Notes: generated by a model from the sequence alone, not told the origin. Shown: positions 43,791 to 57,230, counted from the first letter of the stretch. The stretch: 64,000 nt of DNA from Paraspadella gotoi (GCA_051294375.1 CM119268.1:2848854-2912853); one strand, 5' to 3'. Numbers and translations are program-made.

Positions 43791-45916
43791 TTACCTCTTC
43801 TTCTCTCCTTCCCTCCTTCCTCTTCTCCTCCTTCATCCTTCTCTGCCCTTCCCCTCATCCTTAAGACCCTTCTCCCTTCTCCTTTCTCCTTCATCTCCTT
43901 CTCTTCTCTTCCCCCTTTTCCCGACCTTTGTCCCCCTTTTTCTCCCCGCCTTTTTAGTACCCGTCTGAGATGCCTGCAACGCCGCAACCCTAAGAAGATC
44001 CAAAGATACTTTATATTAAACAAAATTTAAAAAGAAACTTTATTGGGGTTTCGGTTCATGGTATACTCAGCTACGTCTCTTCTCTCTCTCTCTCTTCTCT
44101 CTCTCTCTACTCATCTCTCTCTCTCTCTCTCTCATCTCTCTCCTCTCTCTCTCTCTCTCTGTCCGANNNNNNNNNNNNNNNNNNNNNNNNNGATCATTTA
44201 TCGAGTCGTAACTTTTTTCTCCGTTTATTTAAGGGGAAATGAGGGAAAATGTTTCCTACTATTAATCGACAGAAGCCGAGTTTGAGTGTGAATGCGTTCG
44301 ACTGTGTGTGTGTGCGCGCGACGAGTTTCAGTGTGTGTGACCCGCATCGTCGCTCCCTTTTATTTTCTTTCGCGTTGAAGTTTGGAAAACGTCGCATCTT
44401 TTGACAAACTGCGTTTTTTTTTAAATTGTGCGAAATTTAATAATACTTTTAATATTTTTTTAATGGGAGGGTTTACGAGATTGAAATAACGATGACCCCA
44501 TTACGTTTCGTTGATTAAAATAATACATTTCTTGTTCTCAACCGAAACGGATTTATTTAAATTACATTTAGTTAAATTCCAGTAAAGTATTTCGCATTTC
44601 GTTTCAAAGCGTCTATCGATTTGCTAAATTCTAATTTTTTCTGACTTGCGTTTGGCTTTGTTCGACGTAGTTTTGACAAACCAGGAAAAAAAATTGAAAA
44701 AAAAAAGAATATAAATTGTGATTCGCAGAAAATAAGAAAAAAAAGTTGAATCTTTCCGCCTGCGTGGATTTCAAAGATGGCGGTTAAAAAAAGAATGAAA
44801 AAAGGAAGAAAAGATAAAGGAAAAGATAAAAGAAAGAAAAAGAAAAAGATAAAAGAAAACACAAAAAGAAAAATATAAAGGAAAACAGAAAAAGAAAAAG
44901 ATAAAAAAAGAGAGAAAAATAAAAAGATAAAAGAAAACTGAAAAATAAAAATATAAAAGAAAACAGAAAAAGAAAAAGAAAATAGAAAAAGAAAAGGATA
45001 AAAGAAAAGAGAAAAAAAAAGATAAAAGAAAAAGATAAAAGAAAAAGAAAAAAAAAGAGAAAAGAAAAGATAAAAAGAAAAAGATAAAAGAAAACAGAAA
45101 AATATGGCGGAAGGAAAGAGAAAAATATTTATGCGACAACTGACGTTAAAGCAAAACCTAAAAAAATTGGTAGAAGGGAGACAAGAGAAGAAAAGAAAAG
45201 AAAAGAAAAGAAAAGAAAAGAAAAGAAAAGAAAAGAAAAGAAAAGAAAAGAAAACTGCTTTCTTTTTTGTTCTCGCGAGACGGGGTCGCTTCCTCGGGTC
45301 CTCGCGCCGCGGGAGTTAGAGAAAGAGTTAGGTAGAGAGGTAAAGAGAAAGAGAGGTAAAGGAATAGAGAGGTAAGAGAAAGAGAGGTAAAGGGATAGAG
45401 AGGTAAAGAGAAAGAGAAGTAAAGAAAAAGAGAGGAACAGGGGAAAGATAAAGTAACTTTACATTGAGAAGAATTGTCAAGGAGAATCTTTAAAGTTGTG
45501 GGAAAGATTTGATTAAGAAGTCGTTTGATTCCATTTTTAGTCAGTGATTGAAAACAAAAATAAAGTTTTTTATAATAATATTAGGATATTTTCTAATTAT
45601 TAAAAGATTATTATGGTTTCACCTTTGACCATAAAGAATCGATAGATTTTTCAGGTCTTCAGTTTGAGAGAAAATATTTCGACCTATCGAGTAATTAATA
45701 AGAAAGCTTTTTCGCTCATTCTACTTCGCGAATGTGAATGAAGAAGCCGCGTTTCATTCGCATCCTGGTTTTTGAATCGCATCCGGGGGAAAGAAAAAAG
45801 AAAAAGAAAACGAGAAAGAAAAGGAGATTGAAAAAGAAAAGAAGAAAGAGAAAAGATTGTTGGGAATGAAAGGCTCGATGTCTGGAGTCGCTCGGGAAAA
45901 ACTGTTTTTTCCTCTC

Positions 45917-46040
<124 letters not shown>

Positions 46041-46445
46041 CTTTTTTTATGAATACGCCAAAACTCCTCCGGAGTTTGTTCTTTTATTTATTTATTGGTT
46101 TTTTTTTATCATTTTTTTCTTTTTATTTATCTCCGGTTGTTTCGTTTAATGTTTCTTTAACATTTTAAAATGTTTCTTTTTTTCCCTCCAGGTGAAAACG
46201 TCTAGACGCGTTTGTTTCCGCTCAGTTTTCCGAATAACAAACTGAAAACAAGAAACAAAAATATTAAAAAAAAGAAAAACTTTTTTTTTCAATATCCGTT
46301 TTCGAGACGAAAGTCAAAACAAAAACAAACAAAACGAAGAAGAAAAAATTTTTTAAAAGAAAACAAAAACAAAAAGAAAATAGAAAAAAAAAATAAAAGT
46401 TGAATCTAGAGAAAAATAAAAATATTTTGTTCGTAAGAAGAGAGG

Positions 46446-46523
46446 ATGAGTAAGGATGGAACCAAAGCCCCACCGGGCGCCGAGCAGATGCGTCATGTCA
46501 AATGCACCGTCGTTAGGAGATGG
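46446..46523 (+). CDS. Rho-family small GTPase (Rac/Mtl/Cdc42-like), first coding exon
   Basis: MSKDGTKAPPGAEQMRHVKCTVV-GDG|gtaagc. One extra A at 46515 is probably a sequencing error. The phase-2 donor matches the exon starting G-GCC-GTG-GGC-AAG-ACG-TGC, rebuilding the P-loop VVGDGAVGKTC. Confidence 0.75.
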
Positions 46524-46546
46524 GTAAGCGGTGGGGATGGGGGAGG

Positions 46547-46635
<89 letters not shown>

Positions 46636-47100
46636 CTTGTAGGAATGATAAAAGGATTACTATTAGATTGCGGGGAAAAGAAACTTAGATGAAAGATGAA
46701 ATAAAGAATCAGAAAGATTCAAGGAATCAAAAAAAAAAAAAAAAGGAAACGAAAAAAAAATCACGAGAGTAAAGTTAAAAAAAATATTCTTAGCGACTCT
46801 CACAACAACGGGAGATGAAGCGAAGTGAACGCAATCGTAAAAATTGTGAAAGTGAGTGAGCGAGATTTCTTCTTTTGTCGTGAGAGCAAGACAGAGAGAG
46901 AGAGAGATAGACTTGCATTGTCAGACGATGAAGGGGTTTCTTGAAGAGGGCGTTTCAAGCGAGGGGGCGTGGCTCGAATGGAACGCCGCCTTTAAAAGGA
47001 CTCGCGCCTTTCAGATGGCGATGTCCGTTCCGCGCGCCGGTTTCCGGTACGCGCGCGCACCGGCGCATGCGGAGACGCGTTCGTTCTCGTTCTCTCTCTC

Positions 47101-47152
<52 letters not shown>

Positions 47153-47204
47153 TCTCTCTCTCTCTCTCCTTCTCTCTCTCTCTCTTTCTCTCTCCTCTCT
47201 CTCT

Positions 47205-47270
<66 letters not shown>

Positions 47271-47330
47271 ACGCGCAGAAACAAGTGAACATCGCGTGTT
47301 AAGCCGCGTGCGATTGATCGATCAATGGAA

Positions 47331-47510
47331 TGTCTGACCTTGCGTTCGACGCAAGTAATGACGCAGTGACCTTGTTTGCGACGCACGTAAAGACGCAGTG
47401 ACCTTGCGTTCGACGCACGTAAAGACGCAGTGACATTGCCTGACAAATGCTGTTACCTTGCGTATGACGCACGCAAATATGCGATCACCTTAGCGCGATG
47501 CACGCAAAAC
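47331..47510 (+). repeat. 32-bp tandem repeat (about 5-6 degenerating units) in the Rho GTPase intron
   Basis: Unit GACGCAGTGACCTTGCGTTCGACGCACGTAAA. TGACCTTG at 47335, 47367 and 47399; TGACATTG at 47431. Confidence 0.8.
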
Positions 47511-48998
47511 TTTGCTCTTTAAGCGCGTGCGACGTTCATCGACTTAACAATGCCCCGCGTTTCGACCTCGTGCGCACGCGCGCGTCATTTCGGCGCACGA
47601 GGTCCGCGTCTCGGTGTGACGGTCGTTTCCGGTCGCTCGCGTTCTCGTCCGCGCGATATGAGATATGAGATATGTGATATGAGATATGAGATATGAAATG
47701 GGGAAAAGGAGAAGGAAAGAGAATGTCCATGGGTAGGGGGCACCTTTCTGTACAATGTGTACATATGTGTACATATTTAATTAATTTAATGGCATTATTC
47801 AATTTATTGTCATTTTTAGTATACTGAGTGTATAATATTTTCCTAGAGTTATTGATTATTATTTTTTATTATAATAACATTTAAAATTTATTGTTTGAAA
47901 TATAGAAATAATACAAGACATTGGCTCAAAACTTAGTACATTACGTAATTTCTTTTTTGATTAATGATTAATCAACGATTCTCCGCTACAGAATTTAACT
48001 CACTATTATTTCCTTTGCATCAGATTGGCTTAATTTAATTATTTTGTTTCAGTATGTTACATGTAAATGTTTAATATGCTCGCAAGTTTCCCCGAACACG
48101 ACGCGAATCAATTGACAGAGAGAACCAATTTTTCCGGAAATGAGATTTTGATGAAATTCTCCGGCGCCATGTTGGATTTCTGCTGAACTGTGACCTCGAT
48201 CTCGATTTCGTTTTATCCTCCGACGTTTTTTTGGTGATGCTTGACCGTGAAGTTGGTTCTTTTGTTATTCTTGAACTTGATATTTGCTCTTTTGTGACTC
48301 TTTATCATTGTGACACTTGATCTATATGATGGATCATTGTCACGATCAGGACTCGAATTAATATATTTTATGTTGTTTAACTAAAATATTTTGATACCCG
48401 GACGTTAGAAATATTTCGCCACGAGATGTTGGATAAATGGATCGTTCAAGTTACAATATATTGCGATTCTTGTCCCTAATGTTGGACTTCTTGTGACGCT
48501 TGACCACGACGTTGAATACCTCCTTTGACGTTTGTCCGCCTTTTTTGATCTCAGGTGATCTTTCACCTCGATTCCAAATTAAGAAAAGGACAAGAAAAAG
48601 ACGGAGAAAGATCTTGGTTAGATCTCGGTGAGATCTTGGTTAGCCCATGGGGAGATGAGGTGAATCGAGGTTAGGTAAGGTGAGGTTAGGTGAGGGTCAC
48701 GAATTCGTCGGTAACGCGGGTTCGTGGCTTCTCCTTAGTTCTTATAGGCAATTCAACAATCAAGTGACCGTAAGTAAGACAACTTACCTCAATGACAACA
48801 GGTTTCGACTTTTAATTTTAATTTTAAATCTCATACATAATACAAAGTTGTTTTATTTCTCAAATTTGTAGTCATAATTTTTTTTTCTCAATCCAAATTT
48901 GAGCTTTGTTACATGTTTCGAGGATAACATTCGGTCTACGTAGTTGTTTGAAGTTAAACAGATTAAATTTGAGGATGAGAAAGAACTCGATTGCTAAA

Positions 48999-49560
48999 GA
49001 CGATGTCAGTGACGAGGCCAAAGACGAGGCCAAAGACAAGGCCAACGACAAACTCAATGATGAGGCCAAAGACAAGGTCAAAGATGAGGCAAAATACAAG
49101 GCCCACGATGAAGACAAGGCCAATGATGAGGCCAAAGAGGATGCCAAAGACGAGGTCAAAGACGAAGTCAATGCCAAGACCAATGACGAAGTCAATGACG
49201 AAGCCAAAGACAAGGCCAACAAAGAACTCGATGATGAGGCCCAAAACGAGGTCAATGAAAAGGCAAAAGTCAAGGCCAACGTCAAACTCAATGACGAGGC
49301 CAAAGACAAGGTCAAAGATGAAGCAAAAGACAAGGCCAACGAACAAGTCAATGACAAGGCCAAAAACGAGGTCAAAGAGAATGCCACTATGCCAAAGACG
49401 AGGCCAAAGATGTGGTCAACAATAAAGGTCAATGACAATGCCAAAGACGAGGTGAAAGATGATGCCAATGACTATGCCAAAGATGAGGTCAAAGACGAGG
49501 CCAACTACGAAGTCAATGACGAGGCCAAAGATGAGGTCAAAGACGAGGCCAACGACGAAA
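48999..49560 (+). repeat. Degenerate 12-bp minisatellite (GACGAGGCCAAA)n producing a DEAK/DEVK-repeat ORF
   Basis: About 46 units. Open in several frames on both strands, with a register slip at ~49381-49425. Confidence 0.85.
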
Positions 49561-50419
49561 CCTTCCGAGATGCAAAGTCGAGATTTATTCCCCAAAGCGG
49601 CTGAGGTCGATTAACTGGGTTTTTCTTCTTATTTTGGGGGGGGGGGATTTTTCTTTCCTTTTATTTTTTGGTTTTTCTTTAAAGCTCACAGATGAAGACA
49701 ATAGGAAGAATATTTTTGAAATGAGATAGATACTAATATTACATGGCGCTCGAAGAAAACGATAACCAGCTACGCATTGTTTAATATTTTTAATACTTTT
49801 ATTTTTTTAGAAGTAGCTCTGATAGGAGAGTTGAAAGGATCCAAATATTCTTAAAATGACGTTTTACTTGAATCACGAAATGAAATGATTACCAGAATCT
49901 TCACGCTCGAAATAGTTCCAAAATGTTTTTCTCTTTCAATTTGAGATTCATTGATTCCATCGATTTTTTTTTCAACGGAATCGAAAGCAACTCGCACAAT
50001 AAATTTTTCACAATAAAACTAAAAATTTATTTTCAATCTGATTCGCGCTCAGACGGGCACCAATTCGTTTTCGTCCGCAATATGCAAATTTGATTTTTAA
50101 CGGCGCCGATTTCGAGAGAGACGTTCTTTCTTTCTGATTGAAATCTAAAACTTAAAAGAATAAAAATGGGAACGAAAATAATAATAATAACAGGAATAAA
50201 AAAAAGAATTGAAGGCAAAAAAGATAACAACGACAACAACGAGAACAATAAATATCGATCGGTATTTTCGCCACGCAGACTTTTTATCACCGACGTTAAT
50301 CTGACGCAAAAACCGACGCGACTTTCGCCCTCGACGTCTCCCCTCTCTCTGTCTCTCTATCGGACGTCTCGCTCCTTCATATTCGGCTGTCTTCGGACGC
50401 GTGCTTAACTCTCTCTCTT

Positions 50420-50478
<59 letters not shown>

Positions 50479-53269
50479 ATCTCTCACTCATACTCTCTAG
50501 TCTAACAGTTATTGCAATGGCACCTACCTCCGATGCCAAACGCATCTTTCTTGTTCATTGCACCTTTCACGGTTTTTAACTTTGACCTCCATTGACGTTT
50601 TCCTCATTTCTCACATTCACAGAATTCACATGATCTCCTGTCACGTGATCATGTCAGTTGTTTCTGTGACGTCAATCTGTCACGTAATCCTTATACGTGA
50701 TATTAAGAATTCGATCCTATGCATACTTTTCGCGAGATTGGTTGTGTATTTTATCAGACAAATAATCTAAAGTTAGGATCTCGTGATAGGGCGACTCATA
50801 AAAGAATAAAAAAAAATAAATAAATTTAAAAAAAAAATAAAAAAGTGCGCAGTCAATGAAAAATATATCGTTTTTCGATTTTAGAATAAAACGAAAATGA
50901 AATGACGCAAATGTCAAATCCTCTAAGTTTGCTGCCTAAAATGTCAAGTAGCTTGCAGCATTTAGGACGAGTTTGCAGCAAAAAAAAAAAAGACAAGTTG
51001 CAGCAAACGAGAATCGGTAAAGCTGACGAAGCAGCGATGAATCAAGTCCCGCGGAGATTTATTTCAGATTCAGAGGAAAAACCGTTGAATACGAATTGAA
51101 TACGAATTGAATACGAAAGGGTTCGTTTAATACGAGAAAATGGATTTTCCCTCATTCACCAAAACGGTCGGCCATTTTAAGGTTCGTAAAGATGTCGACT
51201 GCGTCGAACTCGCCTTCCGGGGAAAACGATTCAGCTCAGACATGATCGGGTTCTTGGATTCCTTCTCCCTTTTAAATTACCCGGCGAAACTTACCTTAAC
51301 AAACTTACCATTAACACAGATTATACAGTAAGGCGTAGTAAATTTTCTAAATTCAACTTTAATTAAAATTCTAAAAGTGAGGANNNNNNNNNNNNNNNNN
51401 NNNNNNNNATTGCTGGTGTTTGGTTGCGAATTACGCTCCGCGCTTTTATGCGATGTATCTTTGCAGTCAGTTTTAATACGGAAAATTCGACACGGAAGGA
51501 ATTTCACTTCGTCGTTGCTAAGCAACTCCAACATGGACGCAAATGGATCCGAAGCAACCACCAACTCGGGAAAATTTCGCTTCAAGGCGGAAGATTGAAA
51601 TTACGGCGCGAGGGTCAGGGGGTGGTGGCCCTGCCGGTTGAGATTAGAGCCGTCGAGCTGTCGTTGTTGACGTCGCTCTTCGTTTTGTTAGTTTACCACT
51701 TGACGGTGAATTCCTTGTTAAGTCTCGACCTCGAGCCTGTTACAGATTCCGGAGCAGGAAAGGATTCTGCGGCCGCTGCTCCCGATTGCCGCCTGAGGGT
51801 CGCTCCGCGTCCGCTGCGGCTCTGAGCCTTTTTTTTTTTTGGAGGCGAAGCGAGCGAAATATACCGCGCGGCGCGCGGCCGAAGGAAAAAAAAGATAACC
51901 AAAAGTTCGCGCGGGAGAAGCAAAAAAGAATACGAAAGTTCCGCTTTCTTGCGACGAAAATATTTAAAGAATCATTCCCAAGATGGCCGCTAATGAGTCA
52001 ACCAGTTTGAACTAATTATGCGTCTTTACTTTCCCCTTTGTTCACGTTTTGTCGAGTTTTTGTCATACCACGTTCGAGTCGGAGTTTGAACAAGAACACA
52101 AAGGAAGGAGAACATAACTTTTATAGCACAACTTCTAACTTCATTTAGAACTTCAGTCTAATACGTTTTAAAAAATAAGTTAAAAAAGAAAAACAAAGAA
52201 TACAAACTCACACACAAGGAGAGGAAGACTTACAGCGCCACAATTAAAGGCTAGTTCAAATTCCCTATCTGCTCCTTTCTAGTCGAAATGAATCACTAAA
52301 TCTAATTAATAACTGGACATCTAACCTATATATCTAGATATCAATCTAAATTCTAATTCTCGAACTATAAATTGATTATTCTAAATTCTCTTTCATCTCT
52401 CCAATCTTCCAATCCACAACCACCGATTCCCCTTCACTTTTCACACGAGTACTCGCGGAGCAACTCTATAAGTCACTAATGCGTCGTCTGGTTGTGTTCT
52501 TCTCTATCGGTCAGTAAGTCTATCATCACGGTATCCACTTACGGTAAAAGATATAATTTACCTATAGTTGTTTGTTCATTTGTTAAGAAACGAAAAAAAA
52601 ACCTCAAAATCTAAGTGACTGCTATTCGCCGCCTTCAGGAAATCCTAAAACTATAAGGAATAAAAAGACTTAATGCCAGGTATGTTATAAATAGAAAGTT
52701 TTTTACTTATGTCATGTCATGTCATATCATAATATGTCATTATAATATGATCAAAGAAAAATACACGTGAAAAATAAAGTCACTGCGGCGCAACACATTG
52801 GAATCACCCCTTCTTGTTTTTTTTTCTTTTCTCTCTTTCTTCCTCCAACTCTCTTTCTATACTTCCTGACTTTTTTTCTCCGACCTCTTTTCCACTTTTT
52901 TCCGACTCTTTTTCTCCCCTCATCATATTTTCCTCCTTCTACCCTCTCCTTCTTCTTTTAACTCTTCGCTAACTCTCTTCTCTAACATCCTTTTCTTCAA
53001 TCTTCACTTTCTTTTTCCTTTTCCTTTTTATCCTTTCAATTACTTCTTTCTCAAACCTTTCCCTTCCTTTTTTCTTTCTCTTCTTACCCTCTCCTCACTT
53101 CTACCTGTCCCCCTCCTCCACCCTAAACTCCTCCACCCTAAACTCCTCCACGCCAAAGCTCCCCCTCTCCACTCTAGTCACGACAGCCAACAAGGAAGAT
53201 GGATCCGTCGCGAGTCTAATCTCGATTCACGCGCCTCGATTGTTTTTCTCGCGTTCGCGAAAGAAAAGA

Positions 53270-53294
53270 AAGGAAAAAGATAAAGAAAGAACAA

Positions 53295-53326
<32 letters not shown>

Positions 53327-53535
53327 AAAAAAGAAAGAAAAGAGAAAGAAAGAAAGAAAGAAAAGAAAGAAAGAAAGAAAAAGAAAAGAAAAGAAAGAAA
53401 AGAAAGAAAAAGAACGAAGAAACGAACCAACGAACGAAGGAACGAAGGAACGAACGAACGAACGAACAACAGGAGAAACGAAACGAACGAACGAACGAAC
53501 GAACGAAACGAACGAACGACACGAACGAATGAACG
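53270..53535. repeat. (AAAG)n / (AACG)n compound microsatellite
   Basis: Direct inspection. Confidence 0.85.
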
Positions 53536-54326
53536 ACGTTCTCCAGGGAAATGCTAAGAATTTACGCGCCGCCAAAAAAAAAAAAACAACTGAATAATAC
53601 AAAAAAAAATCAACACAACAAAAAATAAAAAATATACATAAAGAAACATAAGGACAGACGGACGCAGCGGCCCAGAACAGAACAAGACCCATATCCTATA
53701 TATTGGTGTTATTGTGTTGGTTGATGTTTTCATGGAGAGCCGAAGTAGGAAATAGAGGTCGACGGAAGCGATTGATGGCGCTCTTGTGGCAAATCGAGAG
53801 GAAACGAGGCTCGATCAATCACTCGCTAGCCTCGTTTTCGGTTATATTTTTTTATTTATCATCTATTCGTTCATTTTGCTTAATTTTTTTATCTTCGTAA
53901 TCGATCCAGTTTGATACATTGAATAAACATCTAACGAATATAAACTAATTTGGTTCGAAAAAAGAAAGAGAAAAAATAAAAATTTTAATATAGAATAAAT
54001 TACAAGTGTTGGTAAAATTGGATAGCGTTAAATTGAAGTTTCTTAACTCGGGACGATTTGCCTCGGCGCAGGTTGGAAGCCGGAAAAAGTTAAAAATCTC
54101 GGAGCCAAAAAGGAAGTGTGCGTGTAGTTAAAATCGTTTAGCGCGACGGAAAATTAACTTTACTAGAAATTACAGGGTGTCAAATTAATCGAAGCCATCA
54201 ACTTTAAATCTCCTTATAAAAGTTGTTGGAACCCTACAAACAAATGAGAGTGAGCGAGAGGGAGTGACAGAGAGGAACCCCAGAATATCTACGGTTATGA
54301 GAGCCAAATGGAAATAATGAGAACCT

Positions 54327-54566
54327 TGAAGAGACATTATTATGTTATGATGTTGATAGTACGACAGAACGTTCAATATAAGCAGTCCTGAGCTTCGGAT
54401 CAGGCTGTAACACATGTTACAGGCGGGTTTAAGCGCCCCGTCCCTGTTAACTACTAGGCGGCCACCGAGCTAGAACCCCGGACCTTTGGGTTGGGAGGCG
54501 AATGACTTGCCTCCGGCACCAATGGCCGCCTGATGAACGACGGTTGTGGGAATTGAATCCACCATA
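54327..54566 (-). mobile_element. Solo LTR of the same TRIM family
   Basis: Diverged copy of the 6253-6487 repeat with the same termini (+ strand TGAAGAGA...CACCATA), flanked by its own 4-bp TSD ACCT (54323-54326, 54567-54570). Lies in the intron after Rho GTPase exon 2. Confidence 0.85.
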
Positions 54567-54726
54567 ACCTTTTCATTTTTTGGTTTTGTTTTTTACTTTA
54601 ATTGCCTGTTAATGTATTTGTGCATCAATCTGTATATTACTTGATATGAATAAACACTTCATTTACATAGGTATACTGCCTACAAAACTACATTCGTCGT
54701 CATGAATCTGCGCAATCTGACTTCAC

Positions 54727-54884
54727 CTGTCGTAGTCGGACTGTCCGCCGTGTCCAGAGATTGAGCGAGACGGGCTGCCTTCCACCATGTCCTTTGTCGT
54801 GTAGTGATCGAAAACTGTCGGGATGTACTGACCGGGAAGGCGTTCGTCGAGTAGCTGATCAGCATGCACGTCTTGCCCACGGCC
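54727..54884 (-). CDS. Rho GTPase exon 2, full copy in the inverted duplicate
   Basis: AVGKTCMLISYSTNAFP.QYIPTVFDHYTT...LNLWDTAGQSDYDR|gtgaag once a few single-base deletions are allowed. Covers G1, switch I and G3/switch II. Confidence 0.85.
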
Positions 54885-55687
54885 CGATGAGGAAGAAAGA
54901 GGTAAGGCGAGTTCAAATTAGGGCGAAAAGGAAATGGGAAAAAAAAAAGAAAATAGAAAAATGTTAGAGATAGTAGGGGAAGATAGTTCATGTAAGGAAG
55001 AAGGTAGAATATACGAAAAAGAATGGAAGGAGGAAAGGAAAGAAAAGAGGAAGGAAATGACGAAAAAAGAAAAGCAGAAAGAAAAAAGAAAGAATTGGGA
55101 AATAGGAAGAGGAGGAGAGAGACAAGATAAATTGATCATGGAGAGGGTTGGGAATATGGAAAGAAAGTTTTTGAGCACGCAGAATACGACGACGACGACG
55201 ACGACACGACGCGACCGACGACCGACGACAACTATGACGACCTCTCTCTCACGAAAAAAAAAATAAAGAGGAGAGTATCGATTCTTGTTTTTCGCGTGAG
55301 TTCGTCATTTCTTTTCAGGATTTCGTGAAAAAGTAGAGTGAAAAAATAATATCAGATTCGGTGAAGTGAATCACGCGATCGCGTGAAGGCGGAAGGCGAA
55401 CCGTTCACCAACCGAAGAGGGAGTTTTTGGTTGTAAACAATCTGTACTCCAGAGTGATACACACACTAAAACTATGGTAAAAAGTTCAATAGCGGGCAGC
55501 TGTTGACTCATGGCACAAATTCGGCCCGCGGCTTGATAATAAGGCGTAGTGAAAGTTACATACAAAAATTCTAAAAGTCAATTATGAACAACATACCATC
55601 AGTGAACATTAATTTGTAAACAAAATTCATTTTATGTTTTTTAATTTTCGCAGTAGGCTATATTTTATATATAGTACTATCCATAAA

Positions 55688-55863
55688 AATCAAAAAAAAA
55701 TATAAATCATTATTAAAAATTCTTTCATTAAGTGGGTAAAATTAAAAAACTATATTTAATATATAATAATAAGGTTAAATTTTCCAGCTTAAAAATATAG
55801 CTTTTTCTAATTTTTTGACCCACTTAATGAAGGAATTTTTCAAAAAGAGTTATATTTTTGATT
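55688..55863. mobile_element. MITE-like foldback
   Basis: AAAAATTCTTTCATTAAGTGGGT (55715) pairs with ACCCACTTAATGAAGGAATTTTT (55818-55840), and the pairing extends both outward and inward. Confidence 0.6.
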
Positions 55864-56089
55864 AAGAAAACGTCGAATTTGGGATCAAGTGCAGTATTTT
55901 TTTTTCTTTTATAGAAAACCAATATTTCGATCTTATTTGACAAATCATCGTTCAGGTAAGAGTGAAGTGAGTAGAAGAAGAGAGCTAAGGAAAAGAGAGA
56001 GAGATAGAGAGAGAGAGAGAACAGGTGAGAGAGTCAGACAATACAACAGGGATAAATCCCTCCACCCCCCCCTCTCGTTCAATGTCTAG

Positions 56090-56375
56090 TCTCATTTTCT
56101 CCCAGGGAATTAAGGATCGGTTCCATGCATCGGTTTTGACATAAGACCCCATATCTCATTGAGGCCTCTGCCCGGGCACAATCGAGGCGCCTGATCCACA
56201 AGGCCTCTTTCCACCTTTAGTGGTGGCTGAGGCTGGATGGGTCTTTGATGCGTGGACGTGAGAGGATGTCCGGTGTCCAGTCGAATTGGGCTGAGCAGTG
56301 CTGACGATGCTGGGCCAGACCCGAATGGCCCACTTTCCAGTGTCGACCGCTTCTGCTGTGCCTTGCTGGCCTGAG
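56090..56375 (-). mobile_element. Penelope-like retroelement remnant (GIY-YIG endonuclease C-terminus)
   Basis: With frameshifts and one stop, the - strand translates to AVDTGKW.HSGLAQHRQHCSAQFDWTPDIL...KEALWIRRLDC.PGRGLNE.MGSYVKTDAWN.ILNSL. This matches the S-x-x-x-x-H...FDW...IL...EAL-x-I...LN-x-D-x-G pattern at the end of PLE ORFs. Confidence 0.7.
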
Positions 56376-57211
56376 TACGGTTATCGAAAGCTTCGTCTAG
56401 TTTTTATGACGAATCCAATCTACAAAAAATCTTAAAAAAAACTGTTTTGAAATTTTAATTATTGATTAGTACTAGTATAAATATGGCTTACTGCGTTAAT
56501 TTGTAATTTATTATAAATTTTTTTATTACATAAATGCTTCATTAATATAATGTTGTTCGGTCCTCACTGGCCGAATTTGTTGCCATGAGTCAACAGCTGC
56601 CGCTATTGAACTTTATTAACCATAGTTTTAGTTGTGTGTATCACTCTGGAGTACAGATTGTTTACAACCAAAAACTCCCTCTTCGGTTGGTGAACGGTTC
56701 GCCTTCCGCCTTCACGCGATCGCGTGATTCACTTCACCGAATCTGATATTATTTTTTCACTCTACTTTTTCACGAAATCCTGAAAAGAAATGACGAACTC
56801 ACGCGAAAAACAAGAATCGATACTCTCCTCTTTATTTTTTTTTTCGTGAGAGAGAGGTCGTCATAGTTGTCGTCGTCGTCGTCGTCGTGGTCGTCGTCGT
56901 CGTATTCTGCGTGCTCAAAAACTTTCTTCCATATTCCCAACCCTCTCCATGATCAATTTATCTTTGTCTCTCCTCCCTCTTCCTATTTCCCAATTCTTTC
57001 TTTTTCTCTTTCTGCTTTTCTTTTTTCGTCATTTCCTTCCTCTTTTCTTTCCTTTCCTCCCTTCCATTCTTTTTCGTATATTCTACCTTCTTCCTTACAT
57101 GAACTATCTTCCCCTACTATCTCTAACCATTTTTCTATTTCTTTTTTTTTCCCCATCTCCTTTTCGCCCTAATTTAAACTCACCCCAAGACTTACCTCTT
57201 TCCTTCCTCAG

Positions 57212-57230
57212 GGCCGTGGGCAAGACGTGC
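57212..57230 (+). CDS. Rho GTPase exon 2 start (rest lies in an N gap)
   Basis: Acceptor ttcctcag at 57204-57211, then (G)AVGKTC before the gap at 57231-57692. Confidence 0.7.

Noticed and set aside
54171-54190. Tc1/mariner-type TIR start TA|CAGGGTGTC
   Set aside because: No partner TIR was found within the same copy. The match at 57816-57826 is only the inverted duplicate.
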